From the NCBI GenBank assembly GCA_000934665.2, contig JYFJ02001139.1, forward strand, positions 1 to 64,000: a stretch of 64,000 nucleotides of DNA, read 5' to 3'. Position 1 is the first letter of the stretch. Every line of letters starts with the position of its first letter. The DNA is from Catajapyx aquilonaris. Taxonomy: Eukaryota. Positions 16,701-27,785 of the stretch are shown piece after piece. The position numbers and the translations under genes are program-made. Below the pieces are notes generated by a model that was given only the letters and a program-made list of their open reading frames with translations, searched no databases and was not told where the DNA came from.

Positions 16701-19700
16701 GGCACCCTCCGAGAAGGTGTTGTCGTCCACAACAGCGTAGAAAGCCTTAAGGTGGTGGTTGTGCAGCCACTTGTTTGCCTTCCGTATGAATGCAAAGCGA
16801 GTGCGATTTGGCATCGATTCCTGGGAAATAAATTATTTCAAGTCAAACACTCAATGTCACATGTTGTGTACTATTGGCACAATATCACTCGCTCATAAGT
16901 ACAAGTGAAATTTGGCAGTGATATTGTCCCAATAGCCCATCCTGAGTAGTACGTACAGTTTCAATATGACCGCAAACAAGCAGTGCAAGGTTCTTGGTGA
17001 TGAGATGGGCAAAGTCAATCAGTGGAGGTCTGTGTAACGGATACCCGGTGAACAGAAGGATCTGCGGACGATAATTCTTGACATGATCTTCCACGTGGTT
17101 TAGTTGCTGCACAGACATCAGGGCACTCTTGTACGTCTGAGCCTGTGTTGTGGAGCCCCAGTTGACCTCTGACAAAAGCAAGATTGTCGTTAATATTTCA
17201 ATGAGAAAACTTCGCTGAACCATTCATCAGTATCTATCCGAGTCTCACCTGGCTTTCTGTATACGACAAGAAGGTAAAGGCACCCTACGACAGCAAATGT
17301 TATCAAGGCCGTCCACCAACTGATCAGAAACATGACGGCCACGCAGAGCACAAATCCAACCAAGCTCAGCCACATGTTGTAATACTGCAAGGAAAAATAC
17401 CATTTATGTACTGGTACATTTGCACTAATTAAGTACAGCCTTACCTTGAACGTAGGTCTCCAGCCAATAGGTTTGATGAGTGAAGCGTGGAAGGTGCTGA
17501 AGTTGACCAAGGCATAAGCGGCCAAAAAGAAGTTTGAGATCAAAGCAGCAATTGGGTTCAGCTCGCCTAAAAACAAAAACAGTTACAGTAGAATTCTGGG
17601 AAAATGCGGTAAGGCCGCAATGTCCTTACCGATCAGTATGAAACACAGTGCAATGATAAAAGCCAGGACGTAGGCCCTGACAGGCTCGTTGTTCTTCCCA
17701 AATCCTTTGCCGAACACTTCCAAGTACGGGTAGAGCTTGTCGTTGCAGAGGGCTTGGAAGACCTTTGGAGCTGAAACCAAACTGGCCAGAGCGGAAGAGA
17801 GGGTGGCAGCAAAGCAGCCTGCGTAGATCAGGGGACCCCACACTGCCACAAGTTCCATCACCTGGAAGGGACAAGTTTAGAATTTACGAACACGTACTTC
17901 CTTGATTGGCGATGAGTCCTACCTGGAAGCTGTTTTGCAATCCCCATTCACATTCGCGAGTTACATTGCCGAAGTCAAGCTCCGTGCCATTTGCGGAACA
18001 AGAGATGTTCACATTCCCGCTGGCATCTCTCAGGACAGTTCCTCCTGCCATTATAGCAAATAAAATGTAGGAGATAGTAGTCAAAACTATAGCCAACAGA
18101 GTTCCTTTCGGGATGGCTGCTTGCGGATCCTGAAATTTTGGACTCGTGTCAATAAAAAGTGCGTACAGCACAATGTAGAGCTTACCTCCAGATCGCCTGA
18201 TATGTTGGCACCGGCCAATATTCCTGTGGCAGCGGGGAAGAAGATGGAAAATACGGAGAAGAAGTCTTGCTCGCTGCCCTCACTCAAGCGATAGTCCGAG
18301 TTTAAATTTTCAGCCATCAATGTCGCGTTGAACCCAACAAAGCCCTTGGATATTTCTTCATCATCCAAGGGGCCGACAAAGGCTCCAATCACAAAATCAA
18401 TCATGGCAGCCAACAGGATGAATAAAAGGACCACTTGCGCCTGCATAAAATACATTGCACATTACATGAGAAATAAATTGTCCTAGTTCCAAGTTCAGGT
18501 GTGCGTAACCTCACAAAAGCAAACATGTAAACGGCGACTAGGTACACTTGTGATGATAGGATAACTGTACATACCGTAGCTTCCCATTCCATTCCTATCA
18601 CCACGACACATGTAAGGAGACAAATGGCAATGGTCCCAACAATTCTGGTGTCGTTGATTCCATTGTCGATGATTATAAGGCCCTGACTCTTCAGCAAGTC
18701 ATTCAAGGATTCGGCAAAGCCCACTGTGTACATGGCCACTGCCACAGCATTGGCCACGGCAAATATAAGCCCAATGGACGCACCAAATTCTGGGCCCAAG
18801 GACCGTGAGATCATGTAGTAGGTGCCTCCTGCAAATGCACAACACATTGTTAGCCAACATGTTCATTAGCACAGATGCAAATTAAACACATACAAAAATT
18901 ATTTTGGAACATGCTTATCATTCATAAGGCTCATAATGTAATGTGGGTCAACAAGAAATTTTGTTGTCTGTCCGTAGTCTGATGGAAAGCTGCAGAAACC
19001 ATTCCAAGTATCGATAAAGATACTGAGAACCACATGCGGAAAAGAATTCCTGATATGCAAGCAGCACGTGGTTGTCAAATGCCGTCCTTGACAATGAACG
19101 AGGTAATCTGCTGCAGCTCTCCGACAGGCTATACTTGCACCCAATGCGACCCAATGGGTAATTACTCCAAGACAGCCAATTTGTCATGCACATTTCACAC
19201 TAATTTGCAGCACAATGCAGAGTGGGGGCCAACCATGCTGTGCAACTTGCAACATTTAATATACCATATACATTCTGTCAAAAAAATGTAAAAAATGGCA
19301 AATGGTTTGAAAATATGCAGAGATAGATAAGAAGCATCATATATTGAAAAGTTCAAGTACAAAAGAATTGCTCGCAAGGTCTTTGTGCCATTGTTTTAAA
19401 GTCGCATTCAAGAAATATTTCCTGGAAAATATTCGCCAAGTTTATTATCAAAGGGCACTTTCTGTTTCATACTCACATGACGTTAAGAATAATGTCAGAT
19501 AAAATTTAATTTAATGGGAGTATTGATGGAAAAAAGGTGTCGACCCAGTTCTAGTCTACCACATTATGTGAAGTACTTTCTGGAACAAGAAATTCATGAG
19601 AAAACTGCCTCATTACACAATTTGATGACCCACAACCAGTAATTGTTATTACGCATGTACGACCACCTTCCTAGAAGTCATTTTTACTCCACCTGTTATT

Positions 19701-20833
19701 ACTCGAAGCCTTCATTACAAACCGCAGCTGACCTAACAAATCTAATCAAAAATTTCCACTCAACAGAATCATTAGAGCCCTGCCCATGTCAAAAGTGCAA
19801 CAGTATCACATGTAATCATTAGGTCTACAGAGGCTATATCCTGGAGCCAGCCTCTCTATTTACTCCATTTTCCTGCTGCACCTATCATGTGCCAACTATT
19901 CCCTTATCAGCAAAAAATTCCCTCTCATTGTCGCAGTTGGGTGAGTTGACATAATATGAACTAATCCGACTTCCTTCACATTTTAAGCATTTTAACTACA
20001 TGTAAAAATTCAAAATGAGTTTACTACCTGGCTTATCTCCCTAACAATGGACCATTACCTTCGACTCCCTTGTACTTTGCTCCTGTCGATATTATTCCTC
20101 GACCCCAGTTAAGATTATCAATAAGAATTTTCTTTCCCTTATCTCAATGAGAATATGTTAATTAGCCATTCAATATCAAATCTGAGTTATCTCACAAAAT
20201 GACCCAATGGCTCCAGATAGGATCTGATCATCTTGAAATCCTATACAAAAAAAAAATGTGTCAAGAACATTACGAGGCCCAATATCCCACGACATGTGTG
20301 CGTAAGAGGCAAGACCGGTGCAGACATTGAACGACCATGCATTGTAGTATGTCATAGCACATAACATCCTGCTCAACAACGAATCCATCATGCACACGAT
20401 GCCTCCTGGGTGTCCCGTGCATCAGCAGCATTACCTCCTTTAATGAGCCCATTGGTGGAGATGGCGGACATGGAAATAGCCGTGATTGTCGTCACTACCG
20501 TAGTTGCAACAATCAGCAGTATGGCCTGCCCTGAAATGCAATCCTGTCTGGTTAACCAGCCCACCATTTGATCCAACGACGTCCTGCTGCTGGATGATCA
20601 TCCGACGATGCCATTTCACTGAGGCAGCTCACGGTTGCGGCCTGGGCAACCGTGAACTTCCTCTAGTACTAAATGGGCTGGAATTGAACATGTACAGGTC
20701 CGACACCAACAATTGCGTTGGACCACCAGAAACTTACATAGCTCACTGTATGTAATCATTATCAAATTTAAGTATTTAATTATTTGTGTTTTATTATTCA
20801 GTTCAGTTCCCTCCTTGTGTTTGAAGGCAGGGA

Positions 20834-20884
<51 letters not shown>

Positions 20885-23800
20885 TTCAGTTCAGTTGAGG
20901 ATGTCAGTTTCTGGTGACCCCAACCGCTGCTCCTCCTCCAACCGAGGACCTGGCTTACCTCCTTGGATAATACCATTCGTGCTAATAGCGGACATGCTCA
21001 GTGCGGTGATGATGGTTACCGTGCTGGCCATCGTTATCACCAGAAGCGATTCACCTGAAATTGTCCAATTCAGTTACACCCAACCTGATGACGCACTTTG
21101 TCCTGGGAATCACCCTCCCCATCATCTGCATGACATGACATCTAAATTGGGTTGCGGTGACATGTCACCCAGCAGTCACTGGACCCCTCCCAGTCCCTTT
21201 CATGGAAGTATCCGCCTGGATAAATCCCATGGGAACGGACAGAAATAGGCTGGAAATTTGGTCGCCCTTGAATTCCCATAGACTGGACGAAACAAGGCCA
21301 ATTGGATTTAATCCCCCTCCCCTCAAGTTATGTAATAATGGATGCTAAATAGATTTCATTACTGGTAGTGTAAACTACCGGAAACACTTGGCCATAAAGC
21401 TTCGTTAATCCGTTTGGCAGGTTTGGGCGTCACGGGATGACGTGAAAATTACAAACGATAACGATGAACCTGGCTACGCCCCCCGCCTTATGGGCTACAT
21501 TATAGCCACAATAATCATTCAATTTGGGGTTTTTAATATAATCATAACACGAATTTGTTAGGAAGTATAATAAATTATGGTAACTTCCGTTACCCCCATA
21601 AGATGCCCCATAAGCTGTTCAATCCAGAAATTACTCCAATTCAATGTTAAATTTACCCTATTGGATCTGCATCAAATTTACATATTTTTAATATTAATTT
21701 TTTTATATTAATGATTTTATCAGTGGGGTACAATTTACTCCGGAGCATCTTATGGGAAGGTGGAGCCCAAGTTGGACCAATATTTTAATCATTAAAATTT
21801 TTCATTTTTAAAAAAATGTGACTTACCAATCCCAGCTTGACCCACGACCCATGAGAGTCTGAGGAAGAGCATGACCCCCCATATGTTGAGTAAACATCGC
21901 ACCAACACCCCTTTGATCCAACCAAACTTGATGGTCCCTTCCCTCCTGCTGGCATGTCCTCCAAGGGTCCTCTTTGGTATTGGCTCAGACTATATATAAT
22001 TTTTAAAAAATAAAAAATAAATTAAATAATGAGAAGTTCAGCCATATGTGACGTCATCCAAAAATATGGCGTCTCCGCGCATTGGATTTTTATTCATGCC
22101 ATCCAATTGAACCATCACATTTGATTAATCCGGACGTCCCACGTCTTGTCAGGCAGGACACATTCTAAATAATCAGCGTCAAAGGTCACGCGACCCCGGT
22201 CAACTGGACAGCGGCAGATGATGCTGGCCACTTAAGTCGCACCAATTAATTTATTTATGCAAGCAAGACGAGTGGTTAATTAGGCTGGACGCGCCATTCC
22301 CACACCTTGAGACAATTTATCTGCAAGGACGAGGGTGGTACGGGGGTCATCCCCAAGAAAATTTTGTTATAACATTTTCTGGGGATGACCCTGTTGAGTG
22401 AATAACGCTTATTAAATTCCGAAATTAAAATATTAAATCTATAACTAAATATAAATAGTGGTTGTGAATAGCTGTGATTTCCAGTGAGTAACAGCTATAT
22501 AAAAAAACAACCAGTGACGTTGGTAATGACGTGCATGTTATACATTCAACAGTTTTTACTCTACCAGTTAATTTACCAACCTTGGCCTTGTTTGCTTATC
22601 AGTTTTTCAAGCACGCGACCAATTCTCATGTAGTACGTAACAAATACATGCAAAATTTTGTACGGGGTGCAATACCCGCCAGTACAACTTATCGGGATTT
22701 TAGCCATAAAAAAAACTTGGGAGAATGTTAATATAAATTCCTAAGATTTTTAAAAAAAATGCAACGTGACATTCCTGACAATTTGAATGACCTGCCTCAA
22801 TATGGTGGACGATAACATGACTTTGATTAGCTGGTGTTGACATCATTAAAGGAAAACATAACGAGAACAATGCGAGAGGGACGCCCAGACTTCGAAACAA
22901 TGCGATGTATACCGTCTACGTACTTATGGAGAACCATCTGCGGGTTTACTAAAGGAACTGCAATTAATTTTTAAGACAGTTCAAATCGAAAAAGTCATTG
23001 TCCGTCTGTCTGTGGACATGTATCAGGGCCTAAACTGCAAGAGATAGAGACAAACGGTTTTCGGAATCGGATTCAGCGGACTCGAAATAGGTTTCATGGT
23101 CAACTTCCGGTTGTCCGGGTTCACTCTAGTTACAGTTTAAATTAGGGTCATTGTCAACTGTAAATGACGCTGACAACAATGCCATTGTTTCCCTATTAAA
23201 ATCGTATCACATCTGGTTTCCCAGCGGTATTCCAAGAAGTCTACTCGAATCACGCTCTGCCAATATTGTTTTAATATTGTCCAAATTAATTGTTTTGTTA
23301 AAATATTTTTAACGAACATGCCGGTATCTACAAAAATTAATTTGTAGTGTCCCATATATTAGGCATATGGCAACAATGCTGCTCTATTGTTGGATGGGAC
23401 TAACGCGGCACGTCCTTATGTTTTCCAATACCACTTCGACCGGCCATAAATCTAATCAGCACCCCCATTGTTCCCAACCACAAGTCAAGTGCAAGTCAAG
23501 CACTATACGCCATTTTAATATATATATTTTTTTATTATTATTATATTATGTATGGGGGGAGTACCTAGTCAATTGTTCCAGATTGCCCAGATGATTACAC
23601 TGCGACACAAACACAGGAAAGCGACACAAGTGGATAAACGAAGTCATTGATCACCCGTGATTTGTTGGCTACATTGGATGTCAACACCGATCTCTTGGGC
23701 AGGGATCTGCTGATAACAATACATTCTCACGCCTTTCTAATCCGATTGTTATATGATAAGATAAATTGCTGTTTACACTCGATCGAAAACATCTGTCGGG

Positions 23801-24610
23801 CTTCACGTTTTCGGCACCGGAAACGCTAATCCCCCATACCCCTCCCGGACGTGCATCGCCTATAAGCAGATGACCATATTTTTATTTTCTATGAGAGGAA
23901 GGCGCCGCTTATCCATTTGATTTTAAATTGGGCATGCCCATAAACAATAGACCGGCCAATGAACGACCCACAACATCAAGTCCCATTTAGACACGCAATA
24001 AAATGGCGACGTGATTGGTTCTTGCCCTAGTTATGCATGTCGTTTAGTAACAATGACGGTGAATCAACTCGTTGAGCAGCAAAAAAGCCGTATGTGGCTG
24101 ATCAGCAAAAAGGCCGTAAGTGCCTGATAATCAAAAAGGCCGCATCTGCAAATTTGGCGGATATAATCCTAAATTTCAGCGGATTTTGACGTACCTTGTC
24201 GTGTATGGTGACATTGTGTAGTTCGTCCAACGTGGGTCGGTACGCTGCTCGTATGGACATGACATGCCTGTAGTTGTCCAGTCTGGGTAGGGCCTCCCTG
24301 GTGAAGTGTCTGAAGCTCTTGATGTTCTTGGCACTGTTTGTGGTGCTGTTGTTGTCCGGTTGGGACGTCGGAGGTCCCAGCATCTTTGGTGCTTCGGCCG
24401 AGTCATCCTCAGTGGTACCCTCCGGTATGGGCTGGATATTCAGGCTCCTTCTTTGCCCTCCTTCAGGTTCTTCAGCATTGTCCGGGTTGTCCACCCGGTT
24501 GACCTGGAACCGCTGTCTGCGGTCCTTCATCTCCCCAATCAAATCCGGTCAAATGCAACCCGATCCAAGCGGTACCTCCTTACCAACTGCCCGCCAAGAT
24601 CGGAGGACAT
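13756..24610 (-). CDS. NKCC: Na-K-2Cl cotransporter (NKCC, SLC12A1/2-like)
   Basis: RFQV kinase-docking motif; [13 protein letters not shown] and [82 protein letters not shown]-terminus [12 protein letters not shown]. The start is either ATG 24610 (short exon, 53-nt intron 24531-24583) or ATG 24530. Confidence 0.95.
20435..20530 (-). CDS. NKCC TM2 exon variant B (96 nt)
   Basis: tttcag|GGCAGGCC...GGAG|gtaatg; encodes [33 protein letters not shown]; phase 1-1. Confidence 0.88.
20836..20884. repeat. (TAA)n microsatellite
   Basis: Perfect taa run between the two NKCC TM2 exons. Confidence 0.95.
20959..21054 (-). CDS. NKCC TM2 exon variant A (96 nt)
   Basis: tttcag|GTGAATC...GGAG|gtaagc; encodes [33 protein letters not shown]; phase 1-1. 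Confidence 0.88.
22990..23132 (+). mobile_element. Possible non-autonomous Helitron/Helentron (DINE-1-like) remnant
   Basis: tgtccgtctgtctgt microsatellite seed and a 3' end ccggttgtccgggttcactctagtt (short stem then CTAGT), resembling DINE-1/HINE architecture. Confidence 0.4.
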
Positions 24611-25030
24611 TCTAGTTTTATTCAACCGGGCCGGCTGCAGAGGCGCCACTGTATGTCGGTGGGGGACTATAGTGACGACAGCTGGCGGTCCGTACGCTAC
24701 TGTTTTTAGGGGAAGTTTTTCTGTGCGAAAACACGCCATGCAACATCCGGTACGGGCACATTGCACCGGCTGGCTGCTGCATTCCAAAGTAAACAAAAAT
24801 TGGGGATTCAACAAATTGGGCATGTCCATTCTGGCGGGTTTTTTTTGGTTTGAACTGTTCCGGTTGGCAGCGTGCGGAATGCGCCCGGGGGGGTTCTAAT
24901 TGAGCGGAACGAGTGCGAACTGTTCCCCCGATGCGCGAGTAGGGAACGCGCCCTTTGGCTGTGACTCGTCAACGAGGAGCCGCTGCCCCTTGGAGAGCAC
25001 CTGAGCACGGGAGAGAGCACCCCCGGAAGG

Positions 25031-27785
25031 ATGCTGTCCCTGTGGAGCCTGTTCGAGGCCGTGCTGCTCTGCCTGAACGCCGTGTGTGTCCTGCACGAGG
25101 AGAGGTTCCTGGCCAAGAGTAAGGACACGCAGGGCGCGTTCGGAGAAAACTTAATTCAGGGTCAGGCTGGGGAGGGGGACACACACACGAGAGAGAGAGC
25201 AAAGGGGGAAATCACCGGAGGGAAAACCCGGAGGATTGGCCCTGGTTTGGTGGTGTCTGTATGGGTCACCGTGCCACTCATGTCGTGCGACCAGACTTTC
25301 TGTTACATGGAGTCAACTCAGCTGCTGCCGCGGCGAAACAAAAGGGAAACAATTAAAAGACATGTGTCGCTGCGGCAGCGGCTGAGTTTAGCAACGTACT
25401 CATCGCGCCCATACACACAGGTCGGACCAAAACCATCGACGGCCTGTGTGTATGGGCCTTTTTAGCTGAAAATTGATAGTAATTTTGATTTGTTTCCGCA
25501 CTGTTAGTGTCCAGGACAAGGAATGGTATTGTGGGTTTGTCAGTCCGTACCGAATGCATCAGAGGCCATGCTGTGTCTTGATGAATGATCTGCCACCTTG
25601 CAAATGCATGGTGGTTTTGATGTCTTGCCCAATAGAATAAGCTCATCCGGGCGACACAGTGGTGGAGTGGTTAGCGCCGCAGCCTTCCACCTCTAAGGTC
25701 CCGAGTTCGATCCCCGGGTCGGACGGAGGATACTTATGTGGATAGAGTTTCGATGGGTTCTCTCCGTGTTCGCGTGGGTTTTCTCGGGGTTCTCCCGTTT
25801 CCTCCCACTATCAAAATCCATCACATTACAGGCAAATGATTAAAGTCGGGTTTTCAAAAGATGATCCCCTAAGAGGCCCAAGGGGCCTATCACCGGGTAT
25901 CCATTATTATTATAAGCTCATCCTGACATGAGATGATAGACAATCTGGGTTAGAAATGTGCTTGCAAGGGGGTAACCACTCCTCCAAAAAGTGTACACCA
26001 GTACAGTGCTGGCCATATATCGAGGCAACCGCCAGCGACATTTTTCCAAAGCGGCAGAAGAAGGAATCTTGCTCGCTTGGCTTGTAGCATGCTTATCTTC
26101 GATTCCTTCTTCTGCCGTTTTGGAAAAATGTCGCTGGCGGTTGCCTCGATATATGGCCAGCACTGTACCTGGAACCACCCGGTTCCAGGACGGTTCCACA
26201 GAGACACTGTACACCAGTTCCATGGAGTGGTTACCCCCTTGAGTGCTTGTAGCTGCCAAACCAAGTCCAGAATGTGTGTAGTTATCTCCATTCTGTGTAA
26301 ATAACTGTTATAGTCCTGTAGAAATATAATTGTCACCTGCTTACCAAAAGAAAACAATGCTTTTCACTGCGTACGTATAATCCCACAGTTTAAATTATCA
26401 GTACAGTAGAACCCTGATTATACGACCTCTCGGTTTATCCAACCATCCCATTCCGGCAGTAAATCTACATTTTTTCATCATAATTATACTGTTATGTACT
26501 ATTAAGCGCAAAAGTATTGTAGCACTGTTAAGGCCCATTCACACAGGCCGTCAGCAGTTTGAGCCTTTATGTGATGGCGTCCGTGACTTGTTGTTTAGCA
26601 TGGGTTGTGGATTCCAGAATATTGCCAAATTAACATCCGTAACTCGGCAATGCCCATGCTAAACAACAAGTCGCGGACACCACCACATAAAGGCCCATAC
26701 ACACAGGCAGTCGACGGTTTTAGTCTTTGGTCGCGTTGATGCCGCGGACCAATCAACAAGCGCAACACAAGTGTTGAGCTTGTTTACATGAGTCATGATT
26801 GGTCCGGGGCGTCAACGCAACCAAAGACCAAAACCGTCAACGGCCTGTGTGAATGGGCCTTAACAGTGCGACGTTACTTTTGCTGTTAATAGTACTAATT
26901 GCCTTAGTTAAATTGTAAACGTAGTACAGTAAAGTGTGTATATAAAAGATAAATACGTCACTATTTCTTAGAAAGCCATAATATTATACGTTCTTTCAGG
27001 TTTTTATGTCTGTTGTGTTTTATTAAAGTTATTTTTACTCCTTGGATTATCCGAGTTTTTTTGTGTTCTGCCCATGCCCCGGTCCCATGGGATAATGAGG
27101 GTTCTGCTGTAATAAAATCAAGTTTTCACAAATGACTTGAGACGACTATAATTGGAGGTCAGCTCTGCAGCCTATAATGCTGATCCAGTGACACATTACC
27201 CTAGTTCTTCCCTTTTATTCCAAGAACATGATGTCATATTGTGTGGCGCAATCTCCCTTCCCCAACCTCTGGTCTATCACTTGGACCACACTTGAGCCTT
27301 GCCCACCAACCTTCAGGTTTTGAATTTCCAGATATAAGCAGTCTGCATGTAGGTTGTGTACATTCAAGGCAAGGAAAACATGAGTGTGTGCGCTACTGTA
27401 AGCTAGTACAGTATAAGAACTAGCCTTCTGGCGAATAAAAACTAGGCGCCTTTTAATGATGCGTCGACTGTGAACACGTGTACTGCAGAGTTTTAATAAT
27501 AATCATTTCCCTTTATTTTTTTTCCAGTTGGCTGGGGAGCGAACCAGCAGATCCAGGGCTTTGGCGACAATCCCAGTACAAAAGCACAAATCATCAACCT
27601 CATACGTTCCATCAGGACGGTCATGAGGAGTAAGTATTTGACTGCGTTATGCAATTCAATGCTGTGCCTTGCCAGCCGTCAACTTATCGCATTCTCTTTA
27701 CCTTTTTTTTTTTTTTGCACCCCTTTCAGTACCTCTGATATTTTTGAACATTATAACAATAGTAATAAAGCTGTTGCTAGGGTGA
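25031..27785 (+). CDS. IER3IP1: Immediate early response 3-interacting protein 1 (Yos1 homolog), 3 exons
   Basis: Exons 25031-25118, 27529-27630 and 27730-27785 give MLSLWSLFEAVLLCLNAVCVLHEERFLAKIGWGANQQIQGFGDNPSTKAQIINLIRSIRTVMRIPLIFLNIITIVIKLLLG*. The gene is divergent from NKCC across about 420 bp. Confidence 0.95.
25649..25911 (+). mobile_element. Full-length tRNA-derived SINE with a V-domain-like core
   Basis: A box tggtggagtgg and B box gagttcgatcc; core gttctctccgtgttcgcgtgggttttctcggggttctcccgttttcctccca; (TAT)n tail; 12-bp target-site duplication ataagctcatcc at 25637-25648 and 25912-25923. Confidence 0.9.
25965..26241. mobile_element. hAT-like MITE (18-bp TIR) carrying a nested family B-related palindromic MITE (26002-26167)
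   Basis: caagggggtaaccactcc ... ggagtggttacccccttg with near-identical 8-bp flanks tgtgcttg / agtgcttg. The inner element is tacagtgctggccatatatcg...cgatatatggccagcactgta. Confidence 0.75.
26402..27111. mobile_element. TA-flanked pogo/Tc1-like MITE containing a nested GGCCC-ended element (26532-26859)
   Basis: Outer ta-cagtagaaccc...gggttctgctg-ta; inner ttaa-ggcccattcacacaggccgt...acggcctgtgtgaatgggcc-ttaa. An internally deleted copy of the inner element lies at about 25407-25458. Confidence 0.75.

Noticed and set aside
18960..19090. Possible third NKCC TM2 exon ([10 protein letters not shown] has the spacing of [10 protein letters not shown])
   Set aside because: No hydrophobic TM, no correctly spaced 96-nt splice sites and negligible similarity.
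20784..21248. 154-aa plus-strand ORF with poly-Ile
   Set aside because: Produced by the (ATA)n microsatellite and the antisense of NKCC exon A.
25649..25725. tRNA gene
   Set aside because: It is the head of a SINE: it continues into a core domain and tail and is bounded by a TSD.
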